A stretch of DNA of 64,000 bases, taken from NCBI GenBank assembly GCA_045589295.1, contig JAZNOU010000002.1:17283-81282 (forward strand), written 5' to 3'. Below the pieces are notes generated by a model that saw nothing but the letters and a program-made list of their open reading frames with translations, ran no database searches and was not told the origin of the DNA. Shown here piece by piece: positions 26,398-36,128 of the stretch (its first letter is position 1; each line of letters opens with the position of its first letter). Source of the stretch: Clostridia bacterium (GTDB taxonomy: Bacteria; Bacillota; Clostridia; RGIG6154). A program made the position numbers and the translations under genes.

Positions 26398-27021
26398 TTA
26401 TCGGTCGATACCTGTCATTAACTTTACAGCTCGTTGCCACGCAGTGCGTTCTTCTTTTGTTAGTGCCTCTTCTTTAAAGCGGTAGTCAAACTTTCTTTGA
26501 ATTTCTTCCAAGCAGGTTAGTGCGTGGGCAAGGTTTTTCTTTTGTACCTTGTCTAATTTTTCAATTAAGGCTTTGTCCTTGGTCATTGTTCTTAAAGCAT
26601 TTAAGTGCGGTTTGCAAAGGCAGGTGTTTGTTTTATCAAACTTTTCAACAAATTCGTCAGAATTATTAAAAAATTCTAAAAACGCTTTCAAAAAGCTTTG
26701 GTTAGCTTCGTTTTCAAGGTCGCAAATAAGACAACCTTTTTTCTTTTTTCTATCAGAATTTTCAAGGTAGTCCTTGATTAAGTCTGCATAAATTATGCTG
26801 TGTCCCAGCGGGTCACCATGGTTTAGCATTGCAATTGCGTGCTCTTTGCAAAAACCGCCATACTCTCGGATTATCTTTCTCATTTTTCTGTCATTTACAC
26901 ATTCATAAAAAAAGTTGTCAATGAACTTTGTCAGCCAGATTTTATGCATAATGCAAACAGGACAGTCCTCGTGGTCAAAATACTCAAGATAATCATAGTA
27001 TTTCTGAGTTTTATAAAGCAT
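26398..27021 (-). CDS. Hypothetical Cys-rich protein with two CxxC...CxxH-type half-sites
   Basis: 207 aa. It has DCPVC...C...FCKEH in the N-terminal half and GCLIC...CLCKPH in the C-terminal half. I cannot verify a family (possibly a DUF). Confidence 0.5.
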   Translation of the reverse strand: MLYKTQKYYDYLEYFDHEDCPVCIMHKIWLTKFIDNFFYECVNDRKMRKIIREYGGFCKEHAIAMLNHGDPLGHSIIYADLIKDYLENSDRKKKKGCLICDLENEANQSFLKAFLEFFNNSDEFVEKFDKTNTCLCKPHLNALRTMTKDKALIEKLDKVQKKNLAHALTCLEEIQRKFDYRFKEEALTKEERTAWQRAVKLMTGIDR

Positions 27022-27081
27022 TGGAATCTCCTTTAAACATAAGCGGCAACAGGGTTACTGTTGCCGCACATTTTTATTTAA

Positions 27082-28917
27082 TTATTCTTTGGGAAGAATA
27101 ACAATTGAGATTGCTTCTGAAGTGAAACCGTTCGATGTAATAACAGCTGTAATCAAAGAGCCTTCCTTAATGCTTGATAAAGTTTTTGATTTTTGTGTTT
27201 CTCCATCGATGATTGTGGCATTCTTCTTAACAAATACCTGTCTTGAATTTCCAGTTGATGTTTCAGCAAGCTGAATTAAATAGTAATTAGTATCAACAAA
27301 CTCAACTACGCCTACAACGTTTAATGTGTCAGGAGTTGCAACAGAGCTTACTTCAATTTTTGTGATTGTAGTGCTTTCCATTTTTACTTTTGCACTGTAG
27401 CCAAGTCTTAAACCATAAACATCTGAAGCTTCACCATTAACAGTAACTTCAAGGCCAGCTGTTGTAAGTGCACATTCGAGATCACCTGAAGATGTTGTAA
27501 GTGTCATTGTAGGCTTAGAAGAAATAACAATTTCTTTAATTGTTCCCTCAACAGTTTTTGTTGCGCTTGTTGCGGTAACAGCGCTAATCTGATTGTAGGT
27601 AAGTGTAATGTTCACTCTGTCGCCAACCATAAGATCTGCGGCGGTTGCATTTGAACCGTTTCTCTTTACACTAACTGTTTTTGCCATAGAATAACTTGCT
27701 GCTTCGTTGTTAGAAAGGGTAACTATAATCTGTGAAGGATCGCCATATGTAAAGCTTTTAATTATGCCGCTTACAGTTTTGGTTTTATTTTCTGCAACAA
27801 CAGATGCGCCTTTTCCATCTTTAACAGTAACCTGAATGTAGCAATCTTTTTGAAGTTGTGCAAATGTTGAACTTACACCATTTATTGTAATTGTGCAGTC
27901 ATCAGCCAATACAACTACCTGAGAGTCAGAACCATCAGGAGATTTAACAGTAATCTTTTTAACATTTGATGATGAAACAGAACCTGAATAAATACCTGAA
28001 ATTGTTTCATCTGGAATACGTGTTAAAAACTCAACTAAAGCAACATTGCCTTTGTTTGCAACAACATTTACTTTAAAATCAGCGGCAACGCCGTTTATGT
28101 TAGATGCGATGTTACCATCAATACGTAACGGGGTATCGCTTAAAACGTTAACTGTTTTTGATATTCCGCTTGCATCGGTGTATGTAACTGCATTTGTGAT
28201 TTTGTTAACATCTGTAACAGTACCTGTTGAATGTGTTGTTCCCAAATATTCCATTGCGCGATGGAGCATTACTGCCATCTGTGCACGTGTAACTTCAAAG
28301 TTTGGATTAAACTTATTGTCTTCCATACCCTGCATAAGACCTGTTGTTTCGCAGAATTCAACATAAGACTTAGCAGTAGCGGGGATAGAAGAAGAATCCT
28401 CATAAGATAAAACAGGCATTGTGTTTGCTTTAGCAGTAGCTTCACCGCCTGCAATTTTTGTTATGATAATTGCGGCTTCATATCTCTTAAGAGGCGTAGA
28501 GCCTAATTTATTTCCAATAAAGTTTTTGAGTTCGGCAGGTGTGTAAATGCCTTTGTATAACAAATATGCAAGATTTCTTTCATACGCAGTATACCCTAAA
28601 ACATTAACGTCTGCATAGTTTGCCTCATATGCCGCGTCAACAAACTCAGAAAGTGAGCCTTCCGACGCTCCGGCAATTCTTGAAACCAAAAGAAGTGAAT
28701 CAACGCGTGTAACAGAGTTTTCAGGGCGGAAAGTAGAGTCTTCGAAGCCTGCAATGATTTTCTTTGCAGCCATCTCTTCTATTTGTTCATAAGCCCATGA
28801 ATATTTTGTGCTGCTTACATCAGGAAAGACAGCAGCAGATGCCACGATTGACGTAAAAACGAAAACGAGGCATAAAATCAATGAAAATAAGCGTTTGTTC
28901 ATTTTGTTAACCTCCAA
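27082..28917 (-). CDS. SLH-domain cell-wall-anchored protein
   Basis: Signal peptide, then three SLH repeats (FPDV...GFEDSTFRPENSVTRVDS; ...; GMEDNKFNPNFEVTRAQMAVML), then a Thr/Ser/Val-rich beta-type region. Confidence 0.85.
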   Translation of the reverse strand: MEVNKMNKRLFSLILCLVFVFTSIVASAAVFPDVSSTKYSWAYEQIEEMAAKKIIAGFEDSTFRPENSVTRVDSLLLVSRIAGASEGSLSEFVDAAYEANYADVNVLGYTAYERNLAYLLYKGIYTPAELKNFIGNKLGSTPLKRYEAAIIITKIAGGEATAKANTMPVLSYEDSSSIPATAKSYVEFCETTGLMQGMEDNKFNPNFEVTRAQMAVMLHRAMEYLGTTHSTGTVTDVNKITNAVTYTDASGISKTVNVLSDTPLRIDGNIASNINGVAADFKVNVVANKGNVALVEFLTRIPDETISGIYSGSVSSSNVKKITVKSPDGSDSQVVVLADDCTITINGVSSTFAQLQKDCYIQVTVKDGKGASVVAENKTKTVSGIIKSFTYGDPSQIIVTLSNNEAASYSMAKTVSVKRNGSNATAADLMVGDRVNITLTYNQISAVTATSATKTVEGTIKEIVISSKPTMTLTTSSGDLECALTTAGLEVTVNGEASDVYGLRLGYSAKVKMESTTITKIEVSSVATPDTLNVVGVVEFVDTNYYLIQLAETSTGNSRQVFVKKNATIIDGETQKSKTLSSIKEGSLITAVITSNGFTSEAISIVILPKE

Positions 28918-29064
28918 AACTTATAGTTTGCTATACAACTATATAATACCATATATTGTGTTTTATGGCAATAGATTTTTTCAAAATATTTTTAATATAG
29001 TTTTTGTATAAAGCAGGTATTTTATGGGAAAAATTATAAAAAAAGCAAATGAGAGGTAGGGCAA

Positions 29065-29733
29065 ATGAAAAAGCTTATAAGAAGCAAGTGGTTTTATGCA
29101 GCTATGTTTATTTGTGCGTGCGCATTGACGGTAAATGTTTTCACAAAGATGGCGGTTAAAAGGATTGTCAATGAAAAAAGAAGTGAAATAGCTCAGCATA
29201 AAGTTATAGACACGAAAACAGTATACGAAAATCAAAAGGATGAGGTATCCAACATAGTTAAAGTTGAAGAAGAGCAAGAAACGGAAGAAGTATCACAAGC
29301 ACCTCAAACTTCAGATGAGCAGGATGAAAGTTTTTGTTATCCCGTAAATGGTGATATTTTAAACAAATTTTCTGGTTCAGAACTGGTTTATTCTGTGACA
29401 TTAAAAGAATATCGTGTGCATAACGGAATAGATATAAAGGCGCCTATGCTTTCGCAGGTTTATGCAGTAAAGGACGGCAAGGTTGATAGTATAAAAAAAG
29501 ATGGACTAATGGGAAACACAATTGTAATTGACCATCTCAATGGCTATAAGTCGGTTTACTCAAATCTTTCATCTGCCGATATGGTAAAAGAGGGGCAAAG
29601 TGTAAAAAAGGGTGAGATAATAAGCGGCGTGGGTGATACAGCTCTGATAGAAACAGGAATAGATGCACATCTTCATTTTGAGCTTATAAAAGATGGTATT
29701 CAGGTTAATCCGGAAGAATATTTAAATAATTAA
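29065..29733 (+). CDS. M23 family metallopeptidase with an N-terminal membrane anchor
   Basis: HNGIDIKAP, GNTIVIDH and HLHFEL are the M23 (LytM) zinc motifs. Confidence 0.85.
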   Translation: MKKLIRSKWFYAAMFICACALTVNVFTKMAVKRIVNEKRSEIAQHKVIDTKTVYENQKDEVSNIVKVEEEQETEEVSQAPQTSDEQDESFCYPVNGDILNKFSGSELVYSVTLKEYRVHNGIDIKAPMLSQVYAVKDGKVDSIKKDGLMGNTIVIDHLNGYKSVYSNLSSADMVKEGQSVKKGEIISGVGDTALIETGIDAHLHFELIKDGIQVNPEEYLNN

Positions 29734-29761
29734 AAAAATCCGCCAACGGCGGATTTTTTTA
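29732..29761. terminator. Bidirectional hairpin terminator
   Basis: ATCCGCC / GGCGGAT stem flanked by an A-run and a T-run, between converging genes. Confidence 0.7.
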
Positions 29762-30616
29762 TCAATAAAAGTTTTCTACAAAAACTTTACTTGTTTTTTC
29801 ACGATTTAAAACTACAAAGTTTCCTGCCAGGTCATAAGGAAGTTCTATATTTTTAAATTCAGGGTTGTCCATTTTTGAAATAAGAACAGCATAGTTTTTA
29901 GCATCGGCTAAGCTGAGACTTGACTTAATATTGTTGTTGATTGCAGCATAAACCTTGGGAACAGAAGCAATATATTTTGCATTTGCTTTTTGTTCAAACA
30001 GTGTCTGCATAAAATCACGTTGAACCTTTGTTCTTTGTATATCACCCATTGGATAACTTCTGAAACGTAAGAGCTGCAAGCTCTTATCGCCATTTAAAAT
30101 TTGCTGGCCTTTTCTTAAGTTAATATAAAGGTCTTGCTCCGGGTCTTGGTAATACATATTTTGAGGAACGTAAAAATCAACACCTCCAACAGCATCAATC
30201 ACATCTTCTACTGCTTTGAAATTGAAAGTCACGTAATCATGAACCTGTAGTCCGGTAAGTTCTTTTATTTTTGAAACTATTACGCTTTCTCCGCCGTACG
30301 CCATTGCCTCTGTAATCTTGATATAACTGCCTTTTACATTAACTCTTGTGTCCCTTGGTATAGAGGTGCACGCAATGGTGCCTTTTTTTGAAGAAACTGA
30401 AAATACCATTATAACATCGGCGTGGAGTCCGCTTTTATCAGTGCCCATTATAACAATGTTTTTTGTTTGATTAGGCACGGCTTTGTCAAGAATTGCAATT
30501 TCTTCGCCGGAGCCTATATTTGAATTATAAATATAAGTTAAACCTGCAGTAAAAAAAACAACTAACAAGATAATTGTTGACAGGGAAAATACTGTAATAA
30601 ACTTTTTGATGTTCAC
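29762..30616 (-). CDS. LCP (LytR-CpsA-Psr) family wall-polymer transferase
   Basis: N-terminal TM helix. NIVIMGTDKSG...ADVIMVFS, SIPRDT and QLLRFR...GDIQR are LCP motifs. Confidence 0.85.
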   Translation of the reverse strand: MNIKKFITVFSLSTIILLVVFFTAGLTYIYNSNIGSGEEIAILDKAVPNQTKNIVIMGTDKSGLHADVIMVFSVSSKKGTIACTSIPRDTRVNVKGSYIKITEAMAYGGESVIVSKIKELTGLQVHDYVTFNFKAVEDVIDAVGGVDFYVPQNMYYQDPEQDLYINLRKGQQILNGDKSLQLLRFRSYPMGDIQRTKVQRDFMQTLFEQKANAKYIASVPKVYAAINNNIKSSLSLADAKNYAVLISKMDNPEFKNIELPYDLAGNFVVLNREKTSKVFVENFY

Positions 30617-30644
30617 TATAACGCAAAACCTTTCGTAATTTTAA

Positions 30645-30680
30645 TAGAAAAAGCACTTCCTGTTAGAGAAGTGCTTTTTT
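30645..30680 (-). terminator. Rho-independent terminator of the tRNA-Thr/Tyr operon
   Basis: On the minus strand: AAGCACTTC / GAAGTGCTT stem followed by a T-run. Confidence 0.65.
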
Positions 30681-30681
30681 C

Positions 30682-30766
30682 TGGTGGGAGAGGGTGGATT
30701 CGAACCACCGAAGGCATAGCCAGCAGATTTACAGTCTGTCCCCTTTGGCCACTCGGGAACTCTCCC
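30682..30766 (-). tRNA. tRNA-Tyr (anticodon GUA)
   Basis: The reverse complement GGGAGAGTTCCCGAGTGGCCAAAGGGGACAGACTGTAAATCTGC...GGTGGTTCGAATCCACCCTCTCCCACCA has a long variable arm and anticodon loop CTGTAAA. Confidence 0.88.
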
Positions 30767-30773
30767 AAATTAA

Positions 30774-30849
30774 TGGAGCTGGTGATGGGACTCGAACCCG
30801 CAACCTGCTGATTACAAATCAGCTGCTCTGCCAATTGAGCTACACCAGC
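30774..30849 (-). tRNA. tRNA-Thr (anticodon UGU)
   Basis: The reverse complement GCTGGTGTAGCTCAATTGGCAGAGCAGCTGATTTGTAATCAGCAGG...CACCAGCTCCA has anticodon arm GCTGA-TTTGTAA-TCAGC. The T-stem has one C-A mismatch. Confidence 0.85.
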
Positions 30850-30909
30850 TTTTAAACAACTTGAAAAATGCACCTTTTAACTTGCGCTTTTTTTCAAATC
30901 GCAAGATAT

Positions 30910-30938
30910 ATTGTAATACATTATGATGAGTTTGTCAA
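30910..30938 (-). promoter_or_regulatory. SigA-type promoter of the tRNA-Thr/Tyr operon
   Basis: On the minus strand: TTGACA (30938-30933), 17-nt spacer, TACAAT (30915-30910). Confidence 0.6.
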
Positions 30939-30973
30939 TACTTTTTTTTAAAAAAAGTTATATTTTTTTGTAA

Positions 30974-32140
30974 TTATTTATTTAAAGCAGTAATTGCGGC
31001 TTTGAGCTGCAAATCGTCCTGCCTTGGTAATTCGGAAATTTCGACGCTTTCGTACTTTTCATCCAAAGAAATCTCTATATCAGGTTTGACTCCCGACTTG
31101 TCGATTTTTGTGCCGTTTGGCGAGTAAAAATGACCTATTGTGAGTTTAACCCCGCTATTGTCTTTAAATGAGAATGTGGTTTGTATAGAGCCTTTGCCGT
31201 AAGTGTTAACACCGACAATTTTAGCTCTTCCGTGGTCTTTTAAGGCAGCTGAAAAAATTTCAGATGCACTTGCACTGTTTTCGTTTACAAGCACAGCCAT
31301 AGGTGTTTTAAGCAAAAATTCATCACTTAAACCTGTTTTATTTTTGTCAGTTGCAGAGTAATCATTTTCGTAGTCTTTATACTTTGCAGTAACAATCACG
31401 CCGTCGTTTATAAAAAGGTCAATGGTGTTTATTGCAACATCCATATACCCGCCCAGGTTGTTTCTTATGTCGATAATAAGTTTTTTACAGTCGCTTAATT
31501 TTACGAGCGCATCGATAAGTTCTTTGTCTGTGTTAACATCAAAACCTGTCATACGGATATAACCTGTATTTCCGTCAAGTTTTTCAAAAGAAACCGTATG
31601 CATGCTTATAGGAGCTCGAACTACGTTAAAGTCCATAGCCTGTTCGTTTCTTTTTACTGAAATTTTGACAGTTGTTCCTTCTTCGCCTAAAATACGCTTG
31701 GTAACTTCTGCGAGTGTGCTGCCTTTTGAAGGAATGTCGTCAACGGCTTCAATAATATCGCCCTTTTTAAGTCCTGCTTTTTGTGCAGGGGAGTCATCAT
31801 TAATTTCAATAATAACTGCTTTTTTGTTTTTATTTTGAATTGTAGCACCAATGCCTACATATTCACCTGACAAGCTGTCACTAAAATAGTCAAATCCGTA
31901 CTCGGAGGTGATGTATACAGAGTGTTCATCATTGAGTGCATTAACCATTCCCATTTTTGCGCCTTCGGAAAGAATATTTTTATCAACATCTTCAACATAG
32001 TGTTTGTTTATCAAGGCTTTAAGTAACAGTTCAGAACCGCCGTAATGTTGAAGGGTAAGAAAATAAGTGACCAAGGCGGTTATAACAATAACTGCAAAAT
32101 ATTTTAAGAAAGTCTTTAATTTAGTCGATTTCAAAATCAA
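30974..32140 (-). CDS. ctpA: S41 family C-terminal processing peptidase
   Basis: A PDZ segment (GDIIEAVDD) is followed by the S41 catalytic region (NENSASASEIF...GKGS). An N-terminal TM anchor is present. Confidence 0.85.
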   Translation of the reverse strand: MILKSTKLKTFLKYFAVIVITALVTYFLTLQHYGGSELLLKALINKHYVEDVDKNILSEGAKMGMVNALNDEHSVYITSEYGFDYFSDSLSGEYVGIGATIQNKNKKAVIIEINDDSPAQKAGLKKGDIIEAVDDIPSKGSTLAEVTKRILGEEGTTVKISVKRNEQAMDFNVVRAPISMHTVSFEKLDGNTGYIRMTGFDVNTDKELIDALVKLSDCKKLIIDIRNNLGGYMDVAINTIDLFINDGVIVTAKYKDYENDYSATDKNKTGLSDEFLLKTPMAVLVNENSASASEIFSAALKDHGRAKIVGVNTYGKGSIQTTFSFKDNSGVKLTIGHFYSPNGTKIDKSGVKPDIEISLDEKYESVEISELPRQDDLQLKAAITALNK

Positions 32141-32182
32141 GCCCCCTGAGATAAAAAACTACAAGACAATTTTATTGCTAAT

Positions 32183-33340
32183 TTATTTAAGATATGCCAT
32201 AGGATCGGTAGACGAACCATTCAATAAAACTTCAAAATGTGAGTGCGGACCTGTTGAAAAACCAGTGCTTCCTACCTTGGCAATGGTTTGTCCGCGTACA
32301 ACCTGCTGACCAACAGAAACTAAGTTTGATGTGTGGTGGGCATAAAGTGTACTTAAACCGTTGCCGTGATTAATTACAATGTAATTTCCGTATGCAGAAC
32401 TATACTGCGAGGTAACAACTAATCCGTCTTCTGCGGCAACAACAGTCGCATTTTTAGGTGCAGCTATATCAATTCCTGTATGGAGTTTATAAACTTTTAA
32501 AGTCGGATGAATCCTGTAGCCGTAAGGGCTTGTTATCGTAGAATATCCCGGTGTAGGCCATGCAAGCTTTCCACCTGAATAGCTAGCTCCGCCTGAACCT
32601 GAACTTCTTAAAGTAGCAGCGATTTGTGCCTTTAATGAGGCTTCTTCACGTTCAAATGCGGCATAAGCCTCTTTGTAGGATTCTATATCATCTTTAAGTT
32701 TTGAAATTGTACCTTGCAATTCCGCGTCAAGAGAATTTAATTGCTTTTTCTTTTCGATGACAGCATTTTGTTTTTCTTCGTATTCTTCTTTTTCAAGCTC
32801 AATTTGAATTTTGGCATCCTCAATGGTGTTTTTGGTTTCCATTAAGTTGTCATACATATTATTATCGTAATTTAAAAGCTGTTTTATGAGTTCGGCATAA
32901 GAAAAAATATCGGAAAGATTTTCACCTGAAAATAACAAAGTTATGTAAGATGATGAATTATCTTCATACATAGTACGAAGTCTTACTTTCATAGTTTCGT
33001 ACTGAAGCTCGGCCTTTTCTTCAGCTTCTTTTAATTCAATTTCTTTTTGAGCGATGCGCTCTTTTGCATCATCGATATCTTTTTGAATATCATCAATTTC
33101 TGACTGTGCAGATGCAATTTTTGTTTCTAAAGCACTTTTTTCATCCAGCGCATTTTGCTGTTTTTTTTGTGCTTCATTAATTTTTTGCTGTTGTTCGGCT
33201 TTTTTCTTAGAAACTGCATCTATGTCGCTTTGAGTAGGTGCGGCTGATGCGATAAATGGCACAACTGCGGAAAAAAGTGCGATGCCTATAAAACAAACTA
33301 AAATTATGATTGCAACAAATTTTTTGAGTGTTAAATTCAT
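32183..33340 (-). CDS. Coiled-coil M23 peptidase, EnvC/PcsB-like (FtsEX-associated murein hydrolase or activator)
   Basis: A long coiled-coil N-terminal region is followed by a C-terminal M23 domain (HTGIDIAAP, GNYIVINH, HSHFEV). It lies directly downstream of ftsE-ftsX. Confidence 0.8.
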   Translation of the reverse strand: MNLTLKKFVAIIILVCFIGIALFSAVVPFIASAAPTQSDIDAVSKKKAEQQQKINEAQKKQQNALDEKSALETKIASAQSEIDDIQKDIDDAKERIAQKEIELKEAEEKAELQYETMKVRLRTMYEDNSSSYITLLFSGENLSDIFSYAELIKQLLNYDNNMYDNLMETKNTIEDAKIQIELEKEEYEEKQNAVIEKKKQLNSLDAELQGTISKLKDDIESYKEAYAAFEREEASLKAQIAATLRSSGSGGASYSGGKLAWPTPGYSTITSPYGYRIHPTLKVYKLHTGIDIAAPKNATVVAAEDGLVVTSQYSSAYGNYIVINHGNGLSTLYAHHTSNLVSVGQQVVRGQTIAKVGSTGFSTGPHSHFEVLLNGSSTDPMAYLK

Positions 33341-33354
33341 AAGCTGCCTCCCCG

Positions 33355-34236
33355 TTATACTTTAAGATGTTTTCTGAGAGAGAATATACTTCCCACAGCA
33401 CCTATTACAACACCGACTGCTAAAAATGAGAGTCCAAGATAAGCCCATACTGCCCCGAATGGAAGGAGTGTAAACATTGTAATTGAGTTATTGACGCAAA
33501 CGCAAGTGTACGCAATCCACATAATCAAAAAGCATAATACTGCTCCATAAATACCTATTATTATACCTTCAATAACAAAAGGCCATCTGATAAACCAGTC
33601 GGTAGCACCTACATATTTCATTATGTTTATCTCTCTTCTTCTTGCGTAAACCGAAACCTTTATCGAGTTTGCTACAATGAAGCCTGAAATAATGAGAAGT
33701 ATTGCCATAAGCCACAAACTTGCGGCTTTTATGGTGTCTGCAATTTTCACAATTATAGCGGCAGATTCCTGCAAATCAGTAATATTTTCTATGCCACTAA
33801 TTTTTTTAAGGTGAGAAATTACGGTTTTAGTTTCGTTCAAATCCGAAAGTGTTATTTTATACGAGTTTCTGAAAGGGTTGTCGTGCTCTAAGCCATCTAA
33901 AATATTTGCCTTTTCTTTAAGCTTTATGCGCATTTCTTCAAATATCTGTATTTTTGTATATTTTTCAATTTCTTCAACTTGTTCAATCTTTAAAATTTTA
34001 CTGCCCAAAGCATCATATTCTTCGTCAGAAAGGTCATCTGAGATAAACACCTGAATCTGGCAGCTTCTTGAAAAATCATCTACCCAATGGTTGACATTTA
34101 ATGTAAGCAGTATAAAAACTCCCAAGATAAAGAGTGCTGCCAAGGTAGTAGTAACAGAAGCTATGCTCATAAGTTTGTTCTGACGAAAGCTTTTTAAGGC
34201 TTGTTTTATGTAATAACTCAAATGATTAATTCTCAT
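33355..34236 (-). CDS. ftsX: Cell-division permease-like protein FtsX
   Basis: Four-TM topology with the FtsX family C-terminus (NIMKYVGATDWFIRWPF). I prefer the ATG at 34236, which overlaps the ftsE stop by 11 nt. Confidence 0.85.
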   Translation of the reverse strand: MRINHLSYYIKQALKSFRQNKLMSIASVTTTLAALFILGVFILLTLNVNHWVDDFSRSCQIQVFISDDLSDEEYDALGSKILKIEQVEEIEKYTKIQIFEEMRIKLKEKANILDGLEHDNPFRNSYKITLSDLNETKTVISHLKKISGIENITDLQESAAIIVKIADTIKAASLWLMAILLIISGFIVANSIKVSVYARRREINIMKYVGATDWFIRWPFVIEGIIIGIYGAVLCFLIMWIAYTCVCVNNSITMFTLLPFGAVWAYLGLSFLAVGVVIGAVGSIFSLRKHLKV

Positions 34237-34912
34237 AGCCGTACACACCCTTCTCTTCATCTCTTACAATAGTTCCGTTTTCTATTGCAATAACACGTTT
34301 TTGCATATCATCAACTATTTCTTTTGCGTGGGTAGCAACAATGACCGTAGTGCCTTTTTTGTTGATTTCGTCCAAAAGCTCCATTATTTCGTGCGCAGTT
34401 TCTGGGTCTAAATTTCCTGTAGGCTCGTCTGCAACTAAAATAGAGGGGTTGTTGATAATTGCTCTTGCAATTGCTACACGTTGCTTTTCACCGCCTGAAA
34501 GTTGAGACGGATAAGCTTTTGCACGGCTCTGAAGACCAACCTGGTTTAAAATTACAGGGATTTTTTTTCTTTTAAGTCTTTTTGAGGCACCAACAATTGT
34601 CATTGCGAATTCTACGTTTTCATACACGGTCATATCTTCTAAAAGTCTGAAATCCTGGAATACAACACCCAGTCCGCGTCTGAAAAATGGAATTTCCTTG
34701 TGCTTTAGACTGGCAATGTTTACGTTGTTCATTATAAACTCACCCTCTGTCGGCACAGTTTCACGCAGAAACATTTTGATAAGTGTGGATTTACCAGCAC
34801 CTGATGCACCTACCAAAAATACAAATTCGCCTTTTTCTATTATAAAGTTAACATTTCTTAAAACTTCGTTTCCTTCTTCGTATCGTTTTGAGACATTTCG
34901 TGCAATAATCAA
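34226..34912 (-). CDS. ftsE: Cell-division ATP-binding protein FtsE
   Basis: ABC ATPase with Walker A GASGAGKST, signature LSGGEKQR and Walker B ILVADEP. It is 228 aa and paired with ftsX. Confidence 0.9.
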   Translation of the reverse strand: MIIARNVSKRYEEGNEVLRNVNFIIEKGEFVFLVGASGAGKSTLIKMFLRETVPTEGEFIMNNVNIASLKHKEIPFFRRGLGVVFQDFRLLEDMTVYENVEFAMTIVGASKRLKRKKIPVILNQVGLQSRAKAYPSQLSGGEKQRVAIARAIINNPSILVADEPTGNLDPETAHEIMELLDEINKKGTTVIVATHAKEIVDDMQKRVIAIENGTIVRDEEKGVYGYEN

Positions 34913-34923
34913 AAAATCAACTC

Positions 34924-35964
34924 CTAATTGCCCCTGGAGGCTCTTAAATACTTCTGAATAAGCATTGCGATTTTAAACAGCAACGCATCATCAAATTTTC
35001 TTACATCAAGACCCGTTAAGTCCTGAATTCTGTCAAGTCTGTATACCAAAGTGTTTCTGTGGATGTAAAGTTCTCTTGCAGTAAGAGAAATATTAAGATT
35101 ATAGTCAAAGAAACACTGAACGGTAGACATTGTGTCTTCATCAAGTTCTTTTAAAACATCCTCACTTAAAACTTCATTTAAGAACGCTTTGCACTTTTCG
35201 ACCGGAGCGGAAGTAATAAGTCTGCTTATTCCGAGAGTCATATATGAATATATTCTGTTTCGGTTTTCAAATACGCTGCCAATGTTAAGTGCATTTATTG
35301 CGGTGTTATATGAACGACTTAATGTTTTTAAGTTTGTGCTTGGCGCGCCGATTGCTATTGTAGGCTGTTCTACAAGTTCAGACATAATGCCGGTGGAAAT
35401 CTGATTTGCAATTTGCATTAGTCTTGAAGGTGTAGGTTCGGATTTAAAATGTCTTATGAATACTATTTCATTTGAATCGTTAGGGAAGACATAATCGTTT
35501 TCTCTTGCAGGAGCAACTTCGCGGATAATTTTAAGAGCCATTGGAATATTTTTGCTTGAAAGTTTTATAACAAAGACTATCCTCAAAAGGTCGACAGGTA
35601 TGTCAAGACTCGGGGCTTTCCAGTAAGCTTCTTCCAGTTCACCTGCTATTAACTGTTTGAAAAAATATTCTGAGTCAACCAAAACTCTGCTGTTGGCACA
35701 AAGTGCATTTATTGCGGCCCTTATAGCAGGAGCCGTGCTTTTTGCAAATTCTTCTGTACCTTCGACAAACAGAGAAAATCTCACATTTACATCATCACTT
35801 AAAGCGAAGGAATAGTACACAAAATCAAGGTCTTTGAGCTTTAAGCCTACAAGATTTTTTTTGTTTGAGGCAACAACAATGTTGTGGTTGTCATAAAGTC
35901 CTATTCGATTTGAAAAACTGGTTGATAGTAAATCAAAATACTTTTGATAAAGTGAAATCGACAT
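34924..35964 (-). CDS. PucR/CdaR-family transcriptional regulator
   Basis: The C-terminal HTH TARELYIHRNTLVYRLDRIQDLTGLDVRKFDDALLFKIA is typical of PucR_C. Confidence 0.75.
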   Translation of the reverse strand: MSISLYQKYFDLLSTSFSNRIGLYDNHNIVVASNKKNLVGLKLKDLDFVYYSFALSDDVNVRFSLFVEGTEEFAKSTAPAIRAAINALCANSRVLVDSEYFFKQLIAGELEEAYWKAPSLDIPVDLLRIVFVIKLSSKNIPMALKIIREVAPARENDYVFPNDSNEIVFIRHFKSEPTPSRLMQIANQISTGIMSELVEQPTIAIGAPSTNLKTLSRSYNTAINALNIGSVFENRNRIYSYMTLGISRLITSAPVEKCKAFLNEVLSEDVLKELDEDTMSTVQCFFDYNLNISLTARELYIHRNTLVYRLDRIQDLTGLDVRKFDDALLFKIAMLIQKYLRASRGN

Positions 35965-36090
35965 ATTGCACCGCCGTTAATTCTTTATTTTGTGTATTAA
36001 ACACATATAATCACTATATATCATATCACAAATTGATAATAAATGCAAAGAAATATACTAAAAAAACAAAAAATTTCGTATTTTTTTCAC

Positions 36091-36126
36091 AAAAAAAGAT
36101 ATCGGCATCAGTAAGACGCCGATATC
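36091..36126 (-). terminator. Rho-independent terminator downstream of lgt
   Basis: On the minus strand: GATATCGGC / GCCGATATC stem followed by TTTTTTT. Confidence 0.65.
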
Positions 36127-36128
36127 AG

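Noticed and set aside
30616-30873. An 85-aa ORF on the minus strand
   Set aside because: It is the translation of tRNA-Tyr, tRNA-Thr and their terminator, so it is not a gene.
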